A DNA stretch of 64,000 bases from Vulcanimicrobiales bacterium. GTDB lineage: Bacteria > Vulcanimicrobiota > Vulcanimicrobiia > Vulcanimicrobiales > Vulcanimicrobiaceae. Position numbers and translations under genes: made by a program. The first letter of the stretch is position 1. Each line of letters opens with the position of its first letter. Under the pieces are notes generated by a model, which saw only the letters and a list, made by a program, of their open reading frames with translations, was not told the DNA's origin and made no database searches. The DNA is taken from NCBI GenBank assembly GCA_038231455.1, contig JBBRLI010000007.1:87657-151656 (forward strand). The letters run 5' to 3'. This document shows, in pieces, positions 42,138 through 51,786 of this stretch.

Positions 42138-45100
42138 ATGAACACCGGCTACTACCGCGCACCGTCGATCAATGGCGAGACCATCGTATTCATAACGGAA
42201 GACGACGTGTGGTCCGTCGCGGCGAGCGGCGGTGTGGCTCGACGCTTGACGACGAATGCGAGTGAGTGTTCCCTGCCGCGTCTTTCGCCCGATGGCACGC
42301 GAATTGCTTTCGTCGGACGCGATGAAGGCCATCCGGAAATCTCCGTCATGCTCGCCAGCGGCGGCCCCGCCCGTCGCCTGACGTTTCTCGGCGCCGACGT
42401 GCTCCACTGTTCGGGCTGGTCGCCGGACGGAAGCGAAATTTATTTTTGCAGCGACGCGCGCACGCCGTTTGCAAAGGAGACAGCAGCCTTCGCCGTCCCC
42501 GCAGACGGCGGCCCCGTGCGCGCGCTGGAACTCGGTCACGCAATGTCGTTTGCAACGCGAGCGGGCGGCGGGATGCTCATCGGTCGCAATAACCTCGATC
42601 CGGCGCGCTGGAAACGCTATCGCGGCGGCACGGCCGGACAACTCTGGATCGACCCGCACGGTGAAAGCGCATTCACACGTTTGCACGAGACGATCGACGG
42701 CAATCTCGTCTGGCCGATGTGGCTCGGCGAACGCGTGTACTTTCTCTCCGATCACACCGGAATCGGCAATCTCTTTTCCTCACTCCCTGAGGGCAGCGAC
42801 CTGCGCGCGGAAACGAACGAGACCGAGTATTTCGTGCGCTTTCCGGCGACCGACGGAAAACGGATCGTCTACGCGTGCGGCGGCGAGATCGTGGTGTACG
42901 ATCCCGCCTCGCGCACCGCGCAACGCGTCGCGATCGAAGCCCCCTCGAGTTCACCGCAGCTTGCGCGGCGCTTTATCGAGGCGAGCGACTATCTCGAACG
43001 CTTCGTCCCATCACCGGACGGCACGTCGCTTGCGCTGATCTCGCGCGGGCGACCGTTCGCGATGCCGCTCTGGGAAGAAGCGGTTACTGATTTCGGTACG
43101 ACCTCGCGCATTCGCGCACGTGCGATCGACTGGATGCACGACGGCAAACGCCTCATCTACATCGACGACGCCGACGGATTCGAACGCGTCGCCGTCGTTC
43201 CGCTCGATCAACGCGACGCGCCGACCTACGTCACGACACAAGACTACGGCCGCATCACGGAGCTTGCCGTCTCTCCCGTTTCTGAGGTTATTGCCATTGC
43301 CAATCATCGTCACGAACTTCACGCAATCGATCTGACGAACGGCGAGAGCCGCTTGATCGACACCGGTCGCGCCGCGCGCATCATGGACGTGACAATCGCA
43401 CCTGACGGCCGCTGGGTCGCGTACACGTATTCCGCAGCCGAAGGTGCCTCGATCATTCGCATTGCCGCGCTCGACGGAAGCGGCGTTCACGATGCGACGC
43501 CGCTGCTGCGCGTCGACCGCGCGCCGGCCTGGGATCCCGACGGCAAATATCTGTACTTCATCTCGACGCGCGATTTCAACCCGGTATACGACGCGCTGCA
43601 ATTCGACTTGAGTTTTCCACAAGCCGCGCGACCCTTTCTCATCACGCTGCGCGCCGATGTTGCCAACCCGTTCGTCGCAAAACCCGCACCGCTCCATCGC
43701 GCCGATAAAGATGATGACAAGAGCGACGGTGACGAAAAAGACGACGAGAAGAACGACGAACCGCCGCCGATCGCGATCGACTTTGAGGGGCTCACGCGCC
43801 GCGTGTTGGGTTTCCCCGTCGAAGAAGGCGACTACGAACATCTCCTTGCGGTGAAGAACCGCGCGCTCTTCACGCTCTTCCCCGTGCGCGGCATTCCGCC
43901 GCAGGGCCGCGAGGGCGACGAGGACGAGCACGGTGTGCTCATGGCGTATGACTTCGAGACGCAGCGAACCGCGACGCTTGCAAGCGACATCGATGACGTC
44001 CGTCTCTCGATCGACCGCCGCACGCTCATCTATGCCGCACACGACAAACTGCGCGTGATCGATGCGGGCGGGGACTTACCCGAAGACGACGGTGACGAGC
44101 CGAAACCCCCGGCGGAAATGAACCGCCGTTCGGGCTGGCTCGATCTCGCGCGTGCAAGCGTGCTGGTGGAACCGATCGACGAGTGGCACCAGATGTATCG
44201 CGAAGCGTGGCGTCTGCAGCGCGAACAATTTTGGGATGCCGCAATGTCGGGCATCGATTGGGACAAGGTCTTCGCGCGTTACGAACGACTCGTTCCACGC
44301 GTGCGCACGCGTGGCGAACTCTCCGATCTTATCTGGGAGATGCAAGGCGAACTCGGCACTTCGCACGCCTACGAAATCGGCGGCGACTATCGCCAGACGC
44401 CGCAATATCGCCGCGGTTTTCTTGGCGCCGACATCGCCTGGGGCGAAGGCGGCTATCGCATCAACGCGATTCTGCGCGGCGATTCGTGGGATCGGGATCT
44501 CGATTCACCGCTTGCCGAACCCGGACTCGACGTGCGCGTCGGCGACTGCATCGTCGCGATCGGCGGACGTCCGCTCGACCGATTCAAAACACCCGACGAG
44601 CTGCTTGTCAATCAAGCCGGACGCGATGTGGTGCTCAGTATCGCGCGCGACGGCGAGACGCGCCGCGTCCTCGTGCATGCCTTACGCGATGAGCGACTGC
44701 TGCGTTACCGCGCGTGGGTCGAACGCAATCGCGCGATCGTGCACGAGCGTACGGACGGCGCCGTCGGCTACCTGCACATACCGGATATGGGCCCGTGGGG
44801 TTTTTCCGAATTTCACCGCGGCTATCTCTCGGAGTTCGATCGCGCCGGCCTCATCGTGGACGTGCGCTACAACCGCGGCGGCCACGTCTCGCCCTTGCTG
44901 CTCGAAAAGCTCACCCGCAAACGCGTCGGCTACGACGTCTCGCGCTACGGGCCCCCGATGCCGTACCCACCGGAATCCGTCGGTGGTCCGATCGTCGCGC
45001 TCACCAACCAATTCGCAGGCAGCGACGGCGATATTTTCAGCCACTGCTTCAAAATTTACAAGCTCGGGCCGCTCGTGGGAAAACGAACGTGGGGCGGCGT

Positions 45101-45362
45101 CATCGGCATCAACCCGTACCACCGGCTCGTCGACGGCACCCTCACGACCCAGCCCGAGTACTCGTTCTGGTTCGTCGATGTCGGCTGGGGCGTCGAGAAT
45201 TACGGGACGGATCCCGACTTCGAGGTGGACATCGCGCCGCAGGATAGCCACGCCGGCCGCGACCCGCAACTGGAGAAAGCGCTCGAACTTATGGCCGACG
45301 CACGGAAGCAAGCCTCCGGACGGCCGGAATTCAGCGCTCGCCCGAACCTCGGTACGGTCTAG
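42138..45362 (+). CDS. Tricorn protease (S41B)
   Basis: WKRYRGGTAG, beta-propeller repeats, SHAY, PDZ domain, DVRYNRGG, GSDGD and GKRTWGG. Confidence 0.96.
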   Translation: MNTGYYRAPSINGETIVFITEDDVWSVAASGGVARRLTTNASECSLPRLSPDGTRIAFVGRDEGHPEISVMLASGGPARRLTFLGADVLHCSGWSPDGSEIYFCSDARTPFAKETAAFAVPADGGPVRALELGHAMSFATRAGGGMLIGRNNLDPARWKRYRGGTAGQLWIDPHGESAFTRLHETIDGNLVWPMWLGERVYFLSDHTGIGNLFSSLPEGSDLRAETNETEYFVRFPATDGKRIVYACGGEIVVYDPASRTAQRVAIEAPSSSPQLARRFIEASDYLERFVPSPDGTSLALISRGRPFAMPLWEEAVTDFGTTSRIRARAIDWMHDGKRLIYIDDADGFERVAVVPLDQRDAPTYVTTQDYGRITELAVSPVSEVIAIANHRHELHAIDLTNGESRLIDTGRAARIMDVTIAPDGRWVAYTYSAAEGASIIRIAALDGSGVHDATPLLRVDRAPAWDPDGKYLYFISTRDFNPVYDALQFDLSFPQAARPFLITLRADVANPFVAKPAPLHRADKDDDKSDGDEKDDEKNDEPPPIAIDFEGLTRRVLGFPVEEGDYEHLLAVKNRALFTLFPVRGIPPQGREGDEDEHGVLMAYDFETQRTATLASDIDDVRLSIDRRTLIYAAHDKLRVIDAGGDLPEDDGDEPKPPAEMNRRSGWLDLARASVLVEPIDEWHQMYREAWRLQREQFWDAAMSGIDWDKVFARYERLVPRVRTRGELSDLIWEMQGELGTSHAYEIGGDYRQTPQYRRGFLGADIAWGEGGYRINAILRGDSWDRDLDSPLAEPGLDVRVGDCIVAIGGRPLDRFKTPDELLVNQAGRDVVLSIARDGETRRVLVHALRDERLLRYRAWVERNRAIVHERTDGAVGYLHIPDMGPWGFSEFHRGYLSEFDRAGLIVDVRYNRGGHVSPLLLEKLTRKRVGYDVSRYGPPMPYPPESVGGPIVALTNQFAGSDGDIFSHCFKIYKLGPLVGKRTWGGVIGINPYHRLVDGTLTTQPEYSFWFVDVGWGVENYGTDPDFEVDIAPQDSHAGRDPQLEKALELMADARKQASGRPEFSARPNLGTV

Positions 45363-45637
45363 TGTTTCCCGTAGCCGCTAAATCCGCCACCTAGGAGAAG
45401 CGCCGAGATGCTCTGGGTCTGCAAGGCGATCGCGTAGATCTCCGGCGCGTAGTTAGCGGTGAACGAATCCGTCCTCCCGTGCGATGGGACCGGCGCGGCG
45501 CCGAAGCCGACTTGGGGCGGCGTCGGGACGGTCGAGGGGAGCACGGTTTGCAAGAAACTGCGCGAGATTGCTGCCCCGTCCGTCAGCTGTTGCTGAGGCG
45601 GGAAATGGTTGTAAGCAAACGGCGACACGTATCCCAT
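45359..45637 (-). CDS. Small hypothetical protein
   Basis: 92 aa from ATG 45637 (MGYVSPFAYN...GGGFSGYGKH) filling the gap between tricorn and the infC promoter. Confidence 0.5.
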   Translation of the reverse strand: MGYVSPFAYNHFPPQQQLTDGAAISRSFLQTVLPSTVPTPPQVGFGAAPVPSHGRTDSFTANYAPEIYAIALQTQSISALLLGGGFSGYGKH

Positions 45638-45707
45638 AGTCGAGTATTCGGCATTTCCGCCCACCGCCTGCTTGTTTTGTCGCAGAGTGTGACCTGGACC
45701 ACGGGGT

Positions 45708-45737
45708 TTGACGAGAAGACCCCAATACTGGTATGAT
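45708..45737 (+). promoter_or_regulatory. Sigma-70 promoter of infC-rpmI-rplT
   Basis: TTGACG-N18-TATGAT with an extended -10 TG. Confidence 0.75.
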
Positions 45738-45742
45738 CCCTG

Positions 45743-45865
45743 AGCCGAAGCAGGTCGCAAGACCTCACCGGATGCCCTCGGGCGATCCGGTTACTATTCA
45801 GAGAAGCCACCTTGTGTGGCAGAAATTGAGTGGGAGTTGCTTGGGCAACCCCATTTTTTGTTTTC
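45743..45865 (+). promoter_or_regulatory. Structured leader with attenuator (L20-leader-like)
   Basis: Hairpins AGGTC-GCAA-GACCT and ACCGGAT...ATCCGGT, then terminator-like TGGG-A-GTTGC-TTGG-GCAAC-CCCA-TTTTTT upstream of infC. Confidence 0.6.
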
Positions 45866-45881
45866 TTGCCGGAGGACGCCC

Positions 45882-46613
45882 ATAGCTCGACCGCTTCGTA
45901 TCAACGACCAGATCCGTATTCGTACCGTCCGCGTCATCGACGATGAGGGTGCGCAACTCGGCGTGATGCCGACGGAAAATGCCTTAGCGCTCGCACGCAA
46001 CAAGGGCCTCGATCTGATCGAGGTCAGTCCGACGGCGGTGCCGCCGGTCTGCCGGATCAGCGATTACGGTCGCCTCAAATACGAGCAGTCGAAAAAAGAT
46101 AAAGACGCGCGCAAGAAACAGAAAAACTGGGAACTGCGCGAGGTCAAACTGCGACCCAAAATCGAGACCCACGACTACGAAGTCAAAGCGCGCATGGCCG
46201 AACGCCTGCTCACCGACGGCGGAAAAGTCAAAGTCACGATTATGTTTCGCGGACGAGAGATCACGTATGCCAGCTTCGGCCGGCGCCTCCTCGACCGCAT
46301 GGCCGTCGATATGACGAACATCGCGATTATGGAACGTGAACCCAAACTCGAAGGCAAGAACATGTTCATGATCCTGGCCCCACGCGCCGTACCGCTGGGA
46401 CCGCCGAAATTCACGCACGTGAAAGACGCGGTCGTCGATGCGGCCGCCAAGGCACAAGACGAAGAACCCGATCACGACGAGCATGAAGACGAACACGAAA
46501 TTCATGAGGACGGCGCGGTCGTAGCGGAAAATTCGGTAGCAGAAAGTCCGGTTGCCCAGGCGCCGGTCGCAGCAGAAGAAACCACCAACGTCGGGAGTGC
46601 CACCAGTGCCTAA
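45882..46613 (+). CDS. infC: Translation initiation factor IF-3, ATA start, acidic C-terminal tail
   Basis: GGAGG-N6-ATA GCT CGA CCG CTT CGT ATC AAC; RINDQIR, PPVCRI and KVKVTIMFRGRE motifs. Confidence 0.96.
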   Translation: MARPLRINDQIRIRTVRVIDDEGAQLGVMPTENALALARNKGLDLIEVSPTAVPPVCRISDYGRLKYEQSKKDKDARKKQKNWELREVKLRPKIETHDYEVKARMAERLLTDGGKVKVTIMFRGREITYASFGRRLLDRMAVDMTNIAIMEREPKLEGKNMFMILAPRAVPLGPPKFTHVKDAVVDAAAKAQDEEPDHDEHEDEHEIHEDGAVVAENSVAESPVAQAPVAAEETTNVGSATSA

Positions 46614-46812
46614 GATCAAGACCCACCGCGGTACCGCAAAGCGCGTCAAGGTGAGCGCCAATGGCAAAGTCAGCCATCGCCACCAGTTCAGCGGCTGCGG
46701 CCACATTCTGTCCAAGAAGACGCGCAAACGCAAGCGGAATTTCCGTAAGGACCAGCCCGTTTTCAAAGGTGATCTCAAGCGCTTTGCGCCGCAGATCCCT
46801 TATCTTCTCTAG
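46606..46812 (+). CDS. rpmI: 50S ribosomal protein L35
   Basis: (M)PKIKTHRGTAKRVKVSANGK...HILSKKT. Confidence 0.96.
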   Translation: MPKIKTHRGTAKRVKVSANGKVSHRHQFSGCGHILSKKTRKRKRNFRKDQPVFKGDLKRFAPQIPYLL

Positions 46813-46823
46813 GAGTCTGATCC

Positions 46824-47195
46824 ATGTCGCGCATTAAACGTGGTCTCCACGGAGCCAAACACAAACGCAAGGTGATGAAGCTCGTTAAGGGCTTCCGCGC
46901 CGCTCGCAGCCGCAACTACCGCGTTGCGAATGAAGCGCTGCTTCATTCGCTCTCGTATGCGTTCCGCGATCGCCGCGTCCGCAAGCGTGAATTCCGTTCG
47001 CTCTGGATCTCGCGTATCAACGCGGCAGCGCGTCGCGAAGGCATGAACTACTCGCGTCTGATGGCTGGATTGAAGATCAGCGGCATCAACGTGAATCGCA
47101 AAGCGCTCGCGGATCTCGCGGTGCACGATGCAGCAGCGTTCAACCAGCTCCTGACGGTTGCGAAAGATTCGCTCGGAAAGACGACCGCCGCGTAA
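46824..47195 (+). CDS. rplT: 50S ribosomal protein L20
   Basis: MSRIKRG...RDRRVRKREFRSLWISRINAAAR...NRKALADLA. Confidence 0.98.
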   Translation: MSRIKRGLHGAKHKRKVMKLVKGFRAARSRNYRVANEALLHSLSYAFRDRRVRKREFRSLWISRINAAARREGMNYSRLMAGLKISGINVNRKALADLAVHDAAAFNQLLTVAKDSLGKTTAA

Positions 47196-47215
47196 GCTGC
47201 CGGTCTACCCCGTAC

Positions 47216-47251
47216 AAAAAGCGAGCATCGATGCGATGCTCGCTTTTTTTT
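47216..47251. terminator. Bidirectional intrinsic terminator
   Basis: AAAAA-GCGAGCATCG-ATG-CGATGCTCGC-TTTTTTTT between convergent genes. Confidence 0.9.
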
Positions 47252-47252
47252 G

Positions 47253-49250
47253 TCAATTGCGATCGTCAGTAAACTTTGCGTACCAGTGCGAACCGTCGCA
47301 GAACGGTTTGTTCTTTGACTGACCGCAGCGACAGAGCGCGTAGTGCTCGGTCGATGCGCCTTCGTTGCGTTGCTCCCCTTTGAGGTCGATGCCGCCCCGC
47401 ACGTGGTACGGGCCGTCCTTGGAGACGTAGATTTCTGCGGGTCGCTCGAGGTCGTGTTGTGTTCCGTCCGCGAAAGCGTAGCCGAGTGCTCCCGACGGGC
47501 ACTGCTGCACGATGTCGATGATTTCTTTCGCGTCGGCGCCGGTTGGATCGACGAACGGCTCCTTCGCTTGTCGGAAAACTGCGGGGAGCTTCGTCGTGCA
47601 ATTGCCCGCGTGGCAGCACGTCCCGCGGTTGTCGTACACGGTTAACGCTCCCGCGAGGTAGGTATCGCGTTTGTCCGGCGTACGATCCGGCGACTTTCCG
47701 CTGCGGAAGCGCGCGTCGGCATGCGAACCGTCGCAGAACGGTTTCATGCGCGAATGCCCGCATCGACAAAGGGCCATCTCCACGCGCGGCGCGAGCGTCT
47801 CGCCTTTGGAGTTGGTCAAGAGCGAGACGTTGCTCACAAGATAGGGCCCGTTATGTTCGGGCTTGATCGAGATTCCGAGCGGCTTCTCAATCTCCGCGAT
47901 TCTCTCCATTGATCCCGCATCGCCGCGCGGTGCGAGTTCGCCGATCTTCTCGGCGATGTCTTGCAGGGCCGCCGCTGCTTCTTCAATCTCGGGCGGAACG
48001 TCGAAGTGCGTGCGGATGTACGATGCTTTGATAGCGAGTTCACCGAGCCGTTCGGCAAAGAAAATCCAGGCCGAATTCTTGTGCGGTAAGAGATGCACGT
48101 CGCGATTGTAACCGAAGCCCGGCCCCGCATTTAGTCCCGGATACGGCGCTCCGGCCGGCATTTTCGTAAGTGCTTCGCCAAGCGGTCGCAGAGCCGAGGC
48201 CATCATGCGAATCGTCCCGCGCGAGAGCACTTCGAGTTCCGCCTCGGTTTCGTCCGTGTGCGCGAAGAACCGGAGCAACATCAGCAACATCGTATCGTAG
48301 GCGACATTGTAGAGATCGGCAACGTTGTGCGTGAGCTCGTCGCGGATGATCGCGCCGCCCTGCGCATCGCCGTAAAAGTGCGTCATCGGATTGACGACGG
48401 TCGGCCGCACGGGATCGAAGGAGGTCCGAGTCGCTTCGGCACGCGCGAGTTCGTCTTCGAATTCGATCCGGATCTTATCGAAGACGAAAAAATGCGCGTC
48501 GGGATGATCGGCCGTCGGCGCCTCGCCTTGCGTGACGATCATCTCGATTGCGGCAAGCGCCGATTTGCAATCGGCGACCGCCGTCAGTTGCCCATCGAGA
48601 TCGACAAAGCGCGCGTTTGCCTGCGCTTCGGGCGGTCCAATGAAGAGTGTCGCCTCATCGATCGATTGAAATCCGGTTGCGATTTTGTGGTAGAACTCAC
48701 CAACGGTGCGAAAGTCGATATCGAACGGCTCGACGGCGCAGTGCACCGGCATGTTATCGTCGGTCGGCTCCGGCGGAAGAACGATGCGCGAGCGGATCGC
48801 GTCGTACGTGGGCTGACGCTCGGCCGGGAGGACGCCGTCCTCGGGCATTTCGTAACAGACCAAACGCTCGATGAGTTCGCGCGAGAACGGTTCGAGCGCG
48901 AGCTTGATGCCGAACGGAAAGGCACTCGCGCCCTGCGGAAAGTTCGATCGGCGAAAGTGTGGAGCGCCGCCGATGGCCGTGAGCATGTTCGTCACTTGCG
49001 CGAGATGGAGCATCTCCTCGATCGCGACGCCCGCCAGGCGCCGCTTCCAATCGCGCACCATCCGCGCTTGATCGACGGTGAGGCCGCCCTCCTCGACGTC
49101 GCTTTTCAGCGAATGCGCGGCGTACAAGTAGACGCAGGCGAGATTGTGTTCGAGTTCGCTTGCGCGCGAGAGCAGATAGATCAACTCTTCGCGTGTGGTG
49201 ACAGGCGCGATGTGCGAACGATCGCGTACGGGTGGATCGAGAAGTGACAT
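47253..49250 (-). CDS. Ferritin-like (VioB-type) domain fused to CDGSH - ferredoxin-like - CDGSH Fe-S domains
   Basis: ELEH...YLYAAHSL...IEEMLH...NMLTAIGG...QGE at the N terminus; LCRCGHSRMKPFCDGSH, CCHAGNC...CPSGAL and LCRCGQSKNKPFCDGSH at the C terminus. Confidence 0.88.
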   Translation of the reverse strand: MSLLDPPVRDRSHIAPVTTREELIYLLSRASELEHNLACVYLYAAHSLKSDVEEGGLTVDQARMVRDWKRRLAGVAIEEMLHLAQVTNMLTAIGGAPHFRRSNFPQGASAFPFGIKLALEPFSRELIERLVCYEMPEDGVLPAERQPTYDAIRSRIVLPPEPTDDNMPVHCAVEPFDIDFRTVGEFYHKIATGFQSIDEATLFIGPPEAQANARFVDLDGQLTAVADCKSALAAIEMIVTQGEAPTADHPDAHFFVFDKIRIEFEDELARAEATRTSFDPVRPTVVNPMTHFYGDAQGGAIIRDELTHNVADLYNVAYDTMLLMLLRFFAHTDETEAELEVLSRGTIRMMASALRPLGEALTKMPAGAPYPGLNAGPGFGYNRDVHLLPHKNSAWIFFAERLGELAIKASYIRTHFDVPPEIEEAAAALQDIAEKIGELAPRGDAGSMERIAEIEKPLGISIKPEHNGPYLVSNVSLLTNSKGETLAPRVEMALCRCGHSRMKPFCDGSHADARFRSGKSPDRTPDKRDTYLAGALTVYDNRGTCCHAGNCTTKLPAVFRQAKEPFVDPTGADAKEIIDIVQQCPSGALGYAFADGTQHDLERPAEIYVSKDGPYHVRGGIDLKGEQRNEGASTEHYALCRCGQSKNKPFCDGSHWYAKFTDDRN

Positions 49251-49396
49251 GCGGGTCCTTCGAAGGTGGGGGTGGATCGTATCAGGTCTGAGCTTCTCAC
49301 CGGTGTCGGTCGAAGTGAACTACCCATTCGGGCAGCTCGAGCCCCGTCGTTCGTCCCCCGCAGGACTCCCCGTTGGGGGCCGCGCACGAGGCACGC

Positions 49397-50983
49397 GTGA
49401 GTTCCGGCGCCATCATCACCACGTTCCTCGGGGCAATCATCGCTTTCGCGCTCATCGCGAGACGCCTTCGGATTCCGTATCCGATCGTGTTCGTGATCGG
49501 CGGAGCGCTGATCGCGATCATTCCGGGCGTCCCAACCGTGACGCTCGAGCCGGATATCATCTTCCTCTTGTTCTTACCGCCGCTCATTTTCGGCGACGGT
49601 TGGACGACGGACGTTCGCACGTTCTTGCGGTACCGTCAACCGATTTTCTTTCTCGCGATCGGCCTTGTGATTTTCACCTCGGTCTGCGTTGCGTATACCG
49701 CGCATTGGTTCTTTGGATTTCCACTCGCGCTCGGCTTCGTGCTCGGCGCGATTCTCTCGCCGACCGATGCGGTTGCGACCGACGCGATCGCAGAAGAACT
49801 CAATCTTCCGCGGCGTCTTGCGGCAATCGTCAACGGCGAGTCACTCGTCAACGACGCCTCGGGCCTGGTTATCTATGGATTTGCCGTCACCGCCGTCATG
49901 ACCGGCGCGTTTTCGCTTGGCCTCGCACTCTTGCAATTCGTGTACGTGGTGATCGTAGGACTCGCGATTGGGATCGGCGGCGGACTGCTCATCGCGCGCG
50001 TCATCGAATGGATCCGCTCGACCGGCCTCTCGGACGAGCTGCTCGCGGTCTCGATCTCGCTGCTCACGCCGTTTCTTCTCTACGTCCCCGCTGACGCGCT
50101 GCATGCATCGGGCGTGCTTGCCGCGCTGAGCGGCGGCATGACGCTCAGCCGGAAATCGAGCCGCATCTTCGATGCCGACAGTCGTATCGCCGCAAGCTCG
50201 GTTTGGAATCTGCTCTTCTTTACGTTCAACGGCGCGGCGTTCGTGCTCATCGGTCTGCAGTTGCGTTCGATTCTCGGTGCACTCAACGCATTTTCCGGTG
50301 CCACACTCGCGGCCTGGTCGCTTGGAACCGCTGCCGTCGTGATCATCGCGCGGTACGTGTGGGTGTTCGTGGTACCGCAACTGCGCCGGTTGATCCAGCC
50401 CAAAGCCGTCGCTGCCGAAGGTCCCCTGGCGTCGTGGCGGATCCTCTTTATCACGGGTACCGCCGGAATGCGCGGCGTTGTCTCGCTCGCTGCGGCACTC
50501 GCCCTCCCGCGCCAGGTTCCACAGCGCGATCTCATCTTGTTCATCGTGTTCGTGGTCATCGTGGTAACGCTCGTCGGCGAAGGCCTCATCATGCCCATCT
50601 TAATCCGCCGCTGGAACATCGTTGAGACCGATGATGAGATGGGACGCGGCGTCGCGCTCGCACGGGCGCGGATGGCCGAGGCCGTCAAGAAGCGCATGGT
50701 CGAACTCGAAGCCGGCTTTGCATCGCAAGCGGAGTGGGAAGTCGTTGGGCGCATCACCAGCGACTACGAACAGCGTATCGCCCATTACAGCGCGCAAGCC
50801 GATGGCAACTTAGATTCCGGGCTAAGCATGCCGCATCACGACATTGAAATGCGGTTACGGCGCGAAGCTTATCGCACCGAGCGGCGCGCGCTACTCGAAT
50901 TGCGCGGCGCGGGTGCGATCACCGATGAGGCGTACCGTCGGGTCGAATTCCAAATCGATCTTGCGGAGTCGCGCCTGGACTAG
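49397..50983 (+). CDS. Na+/H+ antiporter (CPA1, NhaP/YjcE family)
   Basis: FLPPLIF, SPTDAVA, GESLVNDA and GMRGVVSLAAAL motifs. Confidence 0.93.
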   Translation: MSSGAIITTFLGAIIAFALIARRLRIPYPIVFVIGGALIAIIPGVPTVTLEPDIIFLLFLPPLIFGDGWTTDVRTFLRYRQPIFFLAIGLVIFTSVCVAYTAHWFFGFPLALGFVLGAILSPTDAVATDAIAEELNLPRRLAAIVNGESLVNDASGLVIYGFAVTAVMTGAFSLGLALLQFVYVVIVGLAIGIGGGLLIARVIEWIRSTGLSDELLAVSISLLTPFLLYVPADALHASGVLAALSGGMTLSRKSSRIFDADSRIAASSVWNLLFFTFNGAAFVLIGLQLRSILGALNAFSGATLAAWSLGTAAVVIIARYVWVFVVPQLRRLIQPKAVAAEGPLASWRILFITGTAGMRGVVSLAAALALPRQVPQRDLILFIVFVVIVVTLVGEGLIMPILIRRWNIVETDDEMGRGVALARARMAEAVKKRMVELEAGFASQAEWEVVGRITSDYEQRIAHYSAQADGNLDSGLSMPHHDIEMRLRREAYRTERRALLELRGAGAITDEAYRRVEFQIDLAESRLD

Positions 50984-51786
50984 TCGATCTCGCCGAACTG
51001 CACGGCGAGCATTGAAATCGAACCAAGATCGATTCCCTCAACCGGATAGCGAACGTGTTCGCCCGCGCGACGGGCACCCAGCACGTACAAGAGCGGCAGG
51101 TAGTGTTCCGGCGTGGGAATCGAGAGCAGCGCATCCTCGCCGAGCTCGGCAAAGTTGACGAGCGGCTCGTGCTCGTCTGCATCGAGCAGCGCTCGCGCCC
51201 GGCTTTCGAACCGTTGTGCCCACGGAAACGGCGTAGCCGATGGCGTTCCCCACGCGAGCGTTTCTAAATTGTGTACGATGTTGCCGCTGCCGATCACGAG
51301 GACGCCTTCGGCGCGCAATTGCGAGAGGCGGCGGCCAAGTTCGTAGTGGAACGCCGCAGGCTGCGTCTCATCGATGCTCAGTTGGAGCACCGGGATATCG
51401 GCTTTCGGATACATGTGGACGAGAACGGACCACGTTCCGTGATCGAGTCCCCACTGGCGATCGAGACCGACGGAGATCGGCGCAAGCAGATCGCAAACGC
51501 GCTCGGCAATCGACGTATCGCCCGGCGCCGGATACACAACCTCGCGCAGTTCGCGCGGAAATCCGCCGAAGTCGTGAATGGTGCGCGGCTGCGCCATCGC
51601 CGTCACGGACGTCCCCTCAACGTACCAGTGCGCCGAAATGCAGAGAATCGCTTTTGGCCGCGGAATGCGCGCGCCGAGCGACGCCCAGCCCGCGGTGTAC
51701 GCGTTGGTCTCAATCGCATTCATCGGACTCCCATGTCCGATGAAGATCGTCGGTAGCGGCTTTTGCAGATCGATGCCCTCGCTCAA
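50980..51786 (-). CDS. ygiD: 4,5-DOPA extradiol dioxygenase (LigB family)
   Basis: GHGSPMNA, SAHW, LDHGTW, SGNIVHNL and PTPEHYLPL motifs. Confidence 0.92.
   Translation of the reverse strand: MSEGIDLQKPLPTIFIGHGSPMNAIETNAYTAGWASLGARIPRPKAILCISAHWYVEGTSVTAMAQPRTIHDFGGFPRELREVVYPAPGDTSIAERVCDLLAPISVGLDRQWGLDHGTWSVLVHMYPKADIPVLQLSIDETQPAAFHYELGRRLSQLRAEGVLVIGSGNIVHNLETLAWGTPSATPFPWAQRFESRARALLDADEHEPLVNFAELGEDALLSIPTPEHYLPLLYVLGARRAGEHVRYPVEGIDLGSISMLAVQFGEID

Noticed and set aside
45816-45881. ORF-track N-terminal extension of infC from GTG 45816
   Set aside because: It runs through the leader terminator; the SD-ATA at 45882 matches the usual IF3 N terminus.
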